Shown one piece after another: positions 53,487 to 64,000 of a stretch of DNA of 64,000 bases. The notes under the pieces are model-generated. The model was not told where the DNA came from, made no database searches, and was given only the letters and a program-made list of their open reading frames with translations. The stretch is from Phoronis australis. Its lineage: Eukaryota > Animalia > Phoronida. Positions within the stretch are counted from its first letter, which is position 1. The number at the start of each line of letters is the position of its first letter. The DNA lies in NCBI GenBank assembly GCA_002633005.1, contig NMRA01000063.1, positions 996,229-1,060,228 on the forward strand, read 5' to 3'. Both the position numbers and the translations under genes were made by a program.

Positions 53487-56400
53487 TAGTCGGTGGGCCA
53501 GATCTCATAGCGTTCACCCTTGTGAGTACTTTGGGGGGGCAACCTAGTTTTTTCTATGTGGCTAGATAATATACCCATAAATCAAATTCCAAAAAGTTCC
53601 CACGTCTACACTTGCACATTTTTTTAAAAAAAGGTGTTTTTGTTGCACAAAATATGATGCACATTCCTGCCACTTGATGGCGCTTTTCTATTGAATTGAC
53701 CAATCAGAGAGCCAGATTGTATTGTTGTGCTTAGTTACTTCAATATGGCTGCTCCCATGGAGTGTGATGCCTGTATAATTCAAGGTTCATCAAACAGCAC
53801 AAAATTGTGATGTCAGAGCCTAAAGAAGATTAGGAAAGCTTCCTGACGAAAGCTGATTGACTGTGGAACTCTGTAAATCAGTAGATCAAAAAGAAGAAGA
53901 GGTTTCACAAACGTTTGTGCAGAAAACATCTGCATGTCCTGGTAGCCTACCCAGTATACTGCTGAGTGCTGTAGACTAGAAGACCAAGTGTCAGACCAAA
54001 AATTGAAAGGACATAGAACGGCATAGCAACGTTTCAAGGCACCAACAGTAGTACTAAAGCTGAAGTTGCTGAAAGTGATACAGATGTTATCCAAGATTTC
54101 CCAAGAAAATCAATTACTTCCAAAATCTGAAACACCCAATTAACCTGAACAAGATAGGAACATTCTGAAACATGAGTGCATCATTTGTTAGCAGGAAAAG
54201 TACATTATGGGCCACATTTCAAGAAAGAGAAAGAAGTATAGCTTTCAAAAACAGGTACGTGTTTTTTAAAAATACATCTTGGTGTTTTCCATGTGTGTTT
54301 CAGTATTATCACCAGTTGTTTTTTAACTTGTTCAGCCCCTTGGCTGCCTAGGCCTTAGACAATACTGCTGACCCAGTAGAGACGATGATCATACCATAGG
54401 TACTTCATATGCCGGATACTTTTCGGCAAATTATGTTCCTATAAGTTTAGAAGTACCGCGTAGAGAGATGCCTCTGAGGAGGTCGTTAATGTTTTCATTT
54501 GTTCCCAGTTTAAACAAATACTCCTGCAATCCTGTTTTTCGAACACTCCATTCAGTTGCCACATCGACACTGCTTGCGCTAAGGGATAATCCTATGGCGT
54601 TATACTGTGGGTGTGATTTTAAAGCACTTTAAGTCAAAAATTTTTGAGAAGGTTAAATGGAGTAGATGGTTGCAAACAACGTATCCAAGTGGCCGTCATC
54701 CCCTGCTGTAGTCTCAATTTTTTGTAAACATTAATTACTTAGGTAGCTGCAATGATAATTAAATTAAAGTGCCTAAGTGGCCATCGTCGCCGTCGAAATT
54801 TGAGGACGATGGAAGCCACTGTCCATTTCGTCAAACGTCGATTACCTTAAGTGTAAATCGATTGACTATGGTTTGAGCATCTGATTTAAAAAAATTAAAT
54901 TTCAATCACTGCACAGGTATATCAGCTGATTTATTTTCAGTTGCATCTACTGATCTAATTATTAGACGATCAACATTATTAGGCTACAGATCAGACGGCA
55001 TGTAAATTTGTTAGGCTGGTGGTGGATCAGTTCCTGATAAGTCCGTCTGAAAAAGTTGCATGCCAACTCACTCATAGTTGAATGTTAAATTAGTGTTAAC
55101 AGTTCGGGTTTTTTTCAGTTGGACTTGTATCGCAAGCAACAGCTCAGTCCAGAGCCCTGAATATGCAAATGAAATTCAAAGATAAAGACCTTGTGTCTTA
55201 GAAGCCAAGTACCACAGATCATCATGCTATAAAAAATAGAAAGACAACGATTGTGAAGAGTGACGAATTCACAGTTTTCAGAGATGTTTTTCTACAGTTT
55301 TGTTTGGAGTTCATTGAATCGAAGCTTCTAACACAAGGAGATGTCATTTGCCTTTCAAAACTAAAGCAAGACTTTGAAGCTGTTCTTCAGAAAGCTGGTG
55401 TGCATGAAGTTATTTGGACAGGCAATCTTAAGAAATATTGTTGAAGCTACTCACTGTTGTAGTTTGTGCCCGACTAAGAGATACGAAAGTGAATTGAGGC
55501 TAGTGTTCAATAATTCACTTGCTGACTCTAATTAACACAGCCCATTATAACATATTTTGAATCAAACGTTTGCCCAAATAGTGCCCGCCTCCAAACAAGG
55601 ACTTAGTGTTTGACCCTTCATTGCCTGCGGGCTAATCACCAGTGTGCAGTGCTGTACCCTCTCTAATCGACCATAGTTGGCTCCTTGGCGGTGGAGCTTT
55701 GCAGTTAATATGTATGGCAATGACCGCATCTCCATTGACAGTACTAAACGATGAACGCTGCAAGTGCAAAAAGAACATGTGTGCTGGGAAACTGAGTTTG
55801 TGCTGCAATGCTGGGTCAAACTGTACAGAAATGTGCAGCTGTGACAACTGTAGTAACATCAGCAACACTGACTGCATAACATTGGATAGTTCTTTGACAG
55901 GCCAACCCTAAATAGACCTCCAACCCCGTTATTTCCTTTTTTGTATTAAAAAGTTAATTTTATTTGTTGATTAAGTCATAGAAAGTACATACTTTGATCA
56001 TTGTCATGTATTTGTCTCATACTGCTTAATAAACGCTGTCAGAATAATCTATTTTAATACAGTCTTTGTGCACATTCACAGAGATCATTCAACTATATTG
56101 TTTTTGTACTATAACATATTTCTGGTGTATTATGCAAACAAGCTGTATTTTACACCATTAGTCAATGTTTTAGTCATTGAGGCACAAATTTTGCCCAGTC
56201 TCAAGTGTTTTGTGTTATTTTTGTTGCCTGACAATGCCAGAATAACTTCCTAGAAACATTCAGACTTAGTTTGTATTTTTGCCACTAGGTGTCTCTTTAC
56301 GTTTTTTAAATTTCACTGTTTACAATTAATTTACAATAGTAAAACATGTAATGTGAGTGTAATATTGTTCAATACAATGGCACTGATGGGACCATATTAC

Positions 56401-56645
56401 TTGTTTTACAAAAAAGTCACCAAAACTGTTGTTTTTACAAATATAAGTTTACTAAGCTCTTTGGTGATTATTAGGTAACTTCAAACTCAAATTTCTCAAA
56501 AATGTGCAACTTTATATGTGGGAACTTTTTAGATTTTGAAAACACTCTAATAAATGAACTAAAAAACACCAAAATAAAATTGCCCCCCTAAAGTACTCAC
56601 AAAAACCATTTTCTAGAGGCCCTACAAAATCTGGCCCACCGACTA
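53487..56645 (+). mobile_element. Academ-superfamily DNA transposon, internally deleted/degenerate
   Basis: TIR TAGTCGGTGGGCCAGAT / ATCTGGCCCACCGACTA, with further inverted blocks (TTGTGAGTACTTT.GGGGGGCAA; AAAAAGTTCCCAC...TTGCACATTTT). 3-bp TSD ATA. Cys-rich C-terminus P...DHSW...CKCKK..C.....CC..G..CTEMCSC..C.N at 55642-55911. Confidence 0.85.
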
Positions 56646-57718
56646 ATATGTACTGGTTAAATGTAGAGAGCAGTCACTAGTACTGTATACAGTATGTGTA
56701 CAAGGCACACGACTGTGGAACTGCTTCTCTAATAAAAAAGACGTTGAAAACCAACAGTGCAACAAAAAACAAAAACGTTCACGCCATGGTGCCAGCAACA
56801 TAGATGGAGAAGCTCCATCGTCCACTCAATGAAAAAATGTCATCATGATTTTTCAAATGATTACATCCAGTTTGACAAATTTTAACACTTTGAGAAGTTT
56901 CCACGCAAATGAACAAAGGGATTGCTAAAAAAAGATTTGACCAAAACCCTTGAACTTCAACAGCTTTAGATTTTCATGAAACTTATCACCAATGAATGAC
57001 TGAGGTCTTCGATGCCCTTAAAATTGCTTCTTTGTGTTCAACGATGTGAATTATGATAGAAAGTTTGAACGACTTAGTTCAATTCTGATTCCATGGCGTA
57101 GTTTTGAAACGGCGATTGATATTTTTGAGCAAAAAGCAACAAGTTAGAAATGAAGCCTGAAGGAAATAATTAAGACGCCGGGGATTTATTCGCTTGTAAA
57201 ACTAAGATCCTTTTGTGTGAGTTGATGTGCAGTTGATATGCCATTGTTCTTTCAAAATATTGATTTGAGTGCCTTTGATTGCAATACACCGTATACATGT
57301 TTTGACACTGGAAATGATTTCGAAGAATGCAAGAGTTATCCAACTGTCGAGAAACTTCCATGTAAAATAGTAAACTAGTTGAAGTGGGAAAATTGCTATC
57401 ATGAAATTTCACTCTTAATCAAGCGTAGGAATATTAGACGATTTGTCTTTAAAGTCAAATTTGTCTGCTTCTGAACTCCTTCTTCTGAACTTTTAAAGGG
57501 TGTTTATGAAAATTTAGGCACATTACGTATGACATCCAACGATAGTTGCTAGTTTCGCCCTGACTATAGCTGTCTTTTTTGTATCATTGTATTGTCTCTT
57601 GGTGGTCTCCTCTATTCTTGAGGCTCTTCAGAGGACCTTCAGATTCTGAGCGCAGATAGACGAAAGCACGCTGTGTCATTAACTTGCGAGACTTACTGCG
57701 TGTTTTAATATATTTTAG

Positions 57719-58417
57719 GAAAGTGGCACTTGGGACTCAATTGCCGTTGGCTGGGAGATAACTGTCATCACCCGCTTTCACAGGGATTTGATTATTTCTT
57801 TGGGATCCCACTGACGAATATGAGAAGTTTTGGTGACCCTAAAGACACTGTGGTAAAACGTGGTAACAAATACTTCACCCACAAGTACTTTCTGACAATG
57901 GCCGTGGGAGTTATATTCGCAGTGTTGTTGCTAAAGATGGGGCGTCTTTCGATATTTTACACGGTTCTCTTAGTAACTCTCTACTGTCTTATTCCTTCAT
58001 ATTTTTACATTAGTGCTCATGAAACCGCAATTCTCAACGGCCTTGTTATGCGCAACTACGATTATGTAGAACAACCGATCCGCCTGGAAAACATGACCAA
58101 GCGACTCGTTCGCGAAGGTGTCAACTTTTTAGAACAACAAAAAAAGCAAGAACGTCCGTTTCTCTTGGTGATGTCTTGGCTGCAGGTTCATTCAGCACTT
58201 CACACAGGGCCCGATTTCGCAGGAGTGAGTCGCCATGGCAAGTACGGTGACAATGTACAAGAAATGGACTGGTCTACAGGGGAGATAATTAAAGCTTTGG
58301 ATCGACTGGGCCTAAAAAATGACACGCTGGTCTATTTCACTTCCGACAATGGACCTCATCTAGAAGACACGAGCTTGACTGGAGAACCTGAAGGCGGCTC
58401 TACGGGCATGTTTAAAG
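57719..58417 (+). CDS. STS: STS-like sulfatase coding exon 2
   Basis: ttttag|GA completes GKWHLG. HPLSQGFDYFFG, two hydrophobic helices (the STS-type membrane hairpin), PFLL, VH, YGDNVQEMDWSTG, TLVYFTSDNG. Donor G|gtaact. Confidence 0.93.
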
Positions 58418-59067
58418 GTAACTGGGTGTTCCAGATATGCTAACAGGATTCTATAAAAGATTTCGAGATTGATTAGTGGCACTTCAGGAACTCACTGAGA
58501 TCCCGCATTTTTGAAAGTAAGTGTACGGTTGGTGTTATAATAGAATGGAAAGTAACCGGCAGTAAGATACACGATTCTACTCACATAAAGTGTATGCAGG
58601 GTTCAAGCGGATCAACGTCTAATTTAGCTCCGAGATTCCCTGGGTATAACAGAAGTATACGGGATGTGTTGCTCAGATATATGACTTCACGGCCGGTTAT
58701 TACCTTAAGAGATGGTGCCTTTTCCGGCAGAAGCCCATACAAAAGAATGTCTGTTTCTATTCCGTCTATTTCTATTCCAATTCCTATTAAAGGTTCCTTT
58801 CGGGAGTTATACAATGGAAATAACAAAAGGGTGGCGTTTCTGGAAAAAAATTCTTACGAAGGGGTGACTTCTTCACAGAAGACTAAAAATGGTGCCGTTT
58901 TTCACTCTTTAAATGTGTCGCTATCTTTATTTTTGTAGTTGTTCTATCAAAAACGGATCCCAGTGCCACCGGGCTCATCCACTGTGTAACAGCAGTCATA
59001 GAACGTTTAGTAGCATTTGTCAACCGATTGTTACGTTGTTGTTGATCTCCACATTTTGTCATGTTAG

Positions 59068-59352
59068 GTGGAAAATTTCAAAGTGGCACCGAAGGTGGCA
59101 TTCGAATGCCGACGCTGATGATGTGGCCGAATCACATACCCCGTAAACTTGATATTAATGTGCCAACTAGCCAAATGGACATTTTCCCCACTGTTCGTAA
59201 CCTACTGAATATTCAGCCGGAACCAGGTGTAACCATTGACGGCAAAGACATTGCGCCCTTGGTGATGGGGAGCACGAGGTCCAGTCCCCACAAGTTCCTC
59301 TGGCATTACTGTTCAAAGTCTTTGCATTCTGCGCGCTATATGCCAACTGAAG
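59068..59352 (+). CDS. STS: STS-like sulfatase coding exon 3 (gene continues; later exons not identified)
   Basis: ttag|GT gives KGGK...EGGIRMP, SQMDIFPT, IDGKDI, HKFLWHYC...LHSARY. Donor G|gtaagt. Confidence 0.92.
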
Positions 59353-59472
59353 GTAAGTAACCGCTGCATGAAACTTTATGAAAATGCCGTTAACACTTTG
59401 ATCTCGCCTCTTTTCGTACCCTTTTGTTTCTCAAAAACACTGTCAAAGAAAACAACAATGGTTTCAAGTCGA

Positions 59473-59517
59473 CTTGACATGTTTCGGTGTCATTTATTCA
59501 AACACCATCATCAGAAG
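59473..59517 (-). ncRNA. Minimal hammerhead ribozyme, inverted copy
   Basis: Reverse complement of 60540-60584. Confidence 0.8.
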
Positions 59518-60539
59518 AGAGAACGCAGTGGCCACCTAGCTAGGCCCAGCAACAAGTAATGAAGCACAGATACAGTCAGTTACAGGGAGTGACAATAAAA
59601 ATCAGCAGTCGGCCCAAGAATTTTTGGTGTATTTAAACTCGAGGCATCCCAACTTGAAATTCAATATAGAATTACAGGTCGACAACATGTTGCCATTTCT
59701 GGACGTGTTAGTGGAGCGTGAGGGTACCGCAGTGATAACATCAGTATTTCATAAGAAGACCTACACATGACTGTACACTTGTTTTCATAGCCTCACATCC
59801 TTTGTTTATAAAGTAAGTCTCATTAAAAGCTATAATAGACAGAGTATATCGCATTAACAACACTTGGGCTAGATTTGATTCTTATATTAAAGAACTCACA
59901 ACGAATTTGCAAAAGAATGGCTATCCCCAAGAATTAGTCAATGGGGTACTGAAAGCAAGACTCCAACGTAAGCCTGGTGATATTCATCCTGTAGACAAAA
60001 CTAACTACAAGTACTTTAAAGTACCGTATGTTGGGTTTTACGCAAAGATTGCTCAACGAAAACTCAACAAATTGGTGAATGATTACTGTGTAAACTTAAG
60101 AGTTGTATTAACTTTCAAGTCTCTGAAACTGTCGAATTTATTTAACCCTTAGGACAAAATTCCTATGGGTCTACGGTCCAGGGTAGTGTACAAATTTATC
60201 TGTGCTGGATGTGGCTCCAGGTATATAGGCGAAACTGCTCGTCATTTGAAAACCAGGACCAAGGAACATCTAAATTCTGATAGAGGTTCACATTTAAATA
60301 TTTACCTACAGAGCTCCAATCATTGTAGCAGTGCTCCTTCAATGACAAGGCAGTAACAATAAAGGAGCTTAAAATTCGTGAGGCTCTACACATCAGTTGG
60401 TACAAGCCCAATCGCAATAGGCAACTGACACACCACAGGTTGTCATTGTTGGTCTAGTTCATTGTCACTCCCTGTAAGTGACTGTATCTGTGCTTCATTA
60501 CTTGTTGCTGGGCCTAGCTAAGTGGCCATTGCATTCTCT

Positions 60540-60584
60540 CTTCTGATGATGGTGTTTGAATAAATGACACCGAAACATGTCAAG
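60540..60584 (+). ncRNA. Minimal type I hammerhead ribozyme (Penelope pLTR type)
   Basis: CUU-CUGAUGA-U-[GGUGUU/GACACC stem II]-GAAA-CAUG-UC^-AAG. Palindromic stem III ACAUGU; 3-bp stem I CUU/AAG. Confidence 0.85.
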
Positions 60585-62164
60585 TCGACTTAAAACCATT
60601 GTTGTTTTCTTTAATATCTGCTGCTACTTACTATCATGGAGAAAAACACTGTCATATTCCATTAATTGAAAAAGTATTAAACACTGCCTTTTACACTTTT
60701 CTACTTGCAAAATTTCTTTCCTTACCTTTCAATAACTCTAGAGGTATTGCATTTTCCACCCAAATGTGTAAAATATGTTGAAATTTCGTACTTGTTGCAC
60801 TTTTTGTCTAGCCTAAAATAGCGTTGTAAGCGCACACTGGTATCATGCAATATATGTAGTTCTACTGCAATAATACCCTCCTGCAGGCGCATGTTTTCTG
60901 GAAGACATGACCAGGATCCTGCTAATGTCTCCTGATGCTACATATGTATATATATTGACTTTTATCGTCTCACATATGTGTGCTTCAACATTGACCACGT
61001 CACAAAATGTGTGCGCTGCAATCCCCATTTTTCGATCTTCTGCTTGTTATTTTTCGCATTCCATGAAGAAGTGGACCTAGTTTGAATTCCTTATTTTTTA
61101 CAATCTTTCATTATGTAATCGTGTTGTGCGGTCATGTGTCATACAAAAAGGCCGTCTTTTAAATTCGCATTTTATATGAGATCATAGTTCACCTTTTGCT
61201 TAAAATGATGTTTCAAGTGTGCATTTTATAATTCATTCTTCTTATCAAAAGGCCACCTGTCGTCTTACATTATTTTAAAAGGTATTGCATTATGTTGCAC
61301 CATTTGTCAAAGAATGAATACAAAACGTATTGGAAGTTCGCACATTGTGTGGTCTGCTTGGCGGCCATCATTAGTGAACTGAAAAGGTATTGTTGCAAGT
61401 CTGTACGTAACATTTTTATCGAACAAGAAGATCATCTTTTGTTTTACAATCTTTGAAAGTTCGTGTTCAGTATGAACGTTTCTCATCACTACAACACGCT
61501 ATCATCAGCTTTTCATAATGCCTTGTTTGCATAGACTTTAAAGAAACCGGTCGCACATCTTTACGTTTTCGGCTCGAGAAGCATTTTGTAAATCACCGCT
61601 AAATCCAGCATGCAACATTTCGGAAAGAAAATAATTGAATGCTGTTGAAATTTCCGCCCTTCAAAATTATAATCTACCTTCATTTAAGTGTGGAAGTCGC
61701 GCCTTGAAAATAGAAGGTATTTTTCATTAGATATAAGGATCGGATTATATTTCACACTGAGTCCACCCAACATGAAAAAACAGCTCGACAATTAGGATCA
61801 TAACCTTTCAAATGTGAATGGCCGCGACATGTAGACTACATGATAAAAGCGTACGTCATATCCTATAAGATGATCGATAACGTAAAAATCTCGCACATAA
61901 TGTTTATTGTGGTCAAAGAATGTTGCCTTAAAAATTCGTTATAGTACGAATGAAATTAGAAAGACATTGCCGAGAAAGAACTGTTTTGGCGCATTTTGAC
62001 GGGTTTTCAAATGTGACTTAAAAGGAACCTTCAGAGTTGCGATTCCGGTCCTGAAGATCGCAAATTAGTGGGGTGCTTTTAATGTTACATGTTTTACCCA
62101 TACAAAGGGCACCTTTTTGAAGCATTTCCCATAGCACGAGTTTCTTATTTCTACCGGTTTTTGG

Positions 62165-62565
62165 CCACAATAGGACTCACACAGAGACGCCTCTGTGACA
62201 GGTTGAAAGAACATCACACCTCAGAGAAAAGTAACATATATAGGCATTGTACTAGCTACAATCACCAAGCCAACTCTGTTAGTATTATCTGCAGAGAACC
62301 TAATAAGGAGTTACTGTACATTAAAGAGTCATTGGCATTCAGAACCAGCATGTCACTGATTCTTTGAATAACATGCAGAGCTCTGTGACCCTGCAGCTGT
62401 GGTGATGATCAGCTACTGACCATATTCTATGTATCTCTCGCTTCACTCTAAGGATGTTACCTGACCTGTATGTTGGCCCTTGTTGTCCTAAATTGTTGTA
62501 AATATGATCCTGATGATGTCTAATGAAAAGACGAAACGTTGAATTGAACATGAACCTTTTTATTT
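62165..62565 (+). mobile_element. Second Penelope-like 3' fragment (GIY-YIG end plus pLTR)
   Basis: IGLTQRRLCDRLKEH...SNIYRHC....H...LLYIKESL, followed by a hammerhead-like motif. Confidence 0.8.
62508..62542 (+). ncRNA. Degenerate minimal hammerhead ribozyme
   Basis: UC-CUGAUGA-U-GUCU(AAUGAAA)AGAC-GAAA-CGUU^-GA. Palindromic AACGUU; stem I is only 2 bp. Confidence 0.6.
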
Positions 62566-64000
62566 GTGCGGCGATCGTCCGGTTTTTGATCTTATTTCTA
62601 CCGTTAGGTGCCACCAATGTGGGTAAAATGTAACGTACGTTATCAGTTATGGTTCTATATTGGCCATTTTCTCATGTCATCTCTACAGTGTGGTCGTGTC
62701 ATCTCTGCTGCGTTGTTCAAGTCATCTTTTTCCCCAAGCCTCAAGATGGCGCTGATCGGTTTAGCCATTTGAGGCTTGGTTATGGGAATTCCATTCTACG
62801 CAATGATTGGCCGCTGCTTTGACGTCATTAAAACCAAGGCAGTTTTTAATTATTATCACAGACTTCAGGCCCTTAACCCGAAAACATTTACACCTTGTAT
62901 TAAAGCATCATATTTGGTACACTGCTACTTTTTGACATGCTGAATCACATGGGGGTCGGTTGTCCAAATTTTGAGGTCAAGGTCAAGGTCACGTCTCGAA
63001 AAACAAAATGACCGACACGTAACACAGTCTATGGTTGCTTAAAAGGGAACTGTATTTTATTCTGAATAAATTCTGGATAGTTTTCTATGAATTGTTGATT
63101 AATTTCACAAATAATTCAATACCAAAAATTAAACTTATGTTCTCTAACGAAGCTCAAAAAATTACCGGCTTGGAGCGCTGCTTAGTCTCGTGACGTATTT
63201 GGCGGGGGCAAAGTCACTGTCCTGTGTTAGCGTGCAATCAAGTAGCGTTTTTTGTATTGTCGGAATAAGAAATTTTAGTGTGAAATTTCGGGTCACAAGG
63301 GATACCTGTTTGAGCCGAGGCAACACAAAATGATACCTAGTCATCGTCATCGTCAGACGAAAATTTGCCGGTGTAACTGGTGTCAGTGACTGTGCCGAGG
63401 GCAATGTGGACTCTAGCCATCCAGTCAGCCAGCTGTCAGCCAATACTCCGGCAGCTCTGTAAACTTGAAGGGTTGGTAAGTTACCGACTGTACCTGTATG
63501 AAGACTATCGTACCACTGTGTGTTGAGCTCCGTTAACCCCGAAATTTCAGACAGCCGTTGACTACCCGGGTATAGTTGACTCAGTTATGCTCGTCACCTC
63601 GTCGTAACTTAGGCTACATCAACATATAAAGCTAACGGACCGGCGGGGGCGCATGCAAAATCTGATATAGTCACCCGACACTTCCATTGTTCGTTGCAGC
63701 CGTTTAAGTGGAAAACAATCAAATAAACGTCCTTTGGTAGCATAATTTGCCGCCTTTTTAACAAAGAAGTGTGTTGTCCGTTTCAAGAACAGCACGCTCG
63801 TGACACGGCGCACGCGCCATTTCATAAAAATTTGAGACGTCTTTCGGGACATCATAACAGCTTCGCAGCACCAAGGTTGTTCTAAAATTCGGTTTGCTGG
63901 TGTAAAAATACTAAAAACTTGAAACAAAATGAAACAAGCTCCGATAATTTGTTATAACATGTACGCAATCTAGGTACCGTCAGCGACGAACACATGATAA

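Larger units (their letters stand above)
59445..60612 (+). mobile_element. 5'-truncated Penelope-like element with inverted pLTRs
   Basis: RT C-terminus LNSRHPNLKF...LPFLDV...SVFHKKT and KNGYP; GIY-YIG VVYKFICAGCGSRYIGETARHLKTRTKEH...LKIREALHI. ~150-bp inverted repeats at 59445-59596 and 60461-60612. Confidence 0.92.

Noticed and set aside
57545-57675. Additional hammerhead-like fragments (GAAAC / CUGA words)
   Set aside because: Core boxes are not in the correct order with a closing stem II.
60885-61080. Possible next sulfatase exon (TYVCF...HVT...PFFDL resemblance)
   Set aside because: Needs frameshifts and lacks a phase-compatible open frame with the expected WK...TP and DP.E motifs; probably chance.

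Overview
AT-rich, repeat-dense eukaryotic (animal, probably marine invertebrate) genomic DNA with spliceosomal introns, microsatellites and one N gap. Two divergent multi-exon host genes are readable. One is a rhodopsin-class neuropeptide-type GPCR on the minus strand (coding exons 20639-20239, 17630-17288, 15484-15254, plus a candidate C-tail exon 11487-11143). The other is a steroid-sulfatase-like arylsulfatase on the plus strand (coding exons 51412-51802, 57719-58417, 59068-59352; 3' exons not found). The rest is mostly transposon debris: an L2/CR1-group LINE interrupted by a tRNA-derived SINE, a HERO/NeSL-type RLE retrotransposon carrying a 71-bp MITE, an Academ DNA transposon with TIRs and a 3-bp TSD inside a minisatellite, two Penelope-like elements with minimal hammerhead ribozymes, three THAP-domain relics and many tandem repeats. 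The most unusual signals are: (i) eight hairpins at 4452-4720 sharing a CC-CANYT-GG pentaloop core while their stems vary compensatorily; (ii) a hammerhead with a near-perfect antisense copy about 1 kb upstream in the same sulfatase intron; (iii) six co-oriented CTCF-type motifs in a repeat just upstream of the sulfatase. All calls come from manual reading; no database searches were run.
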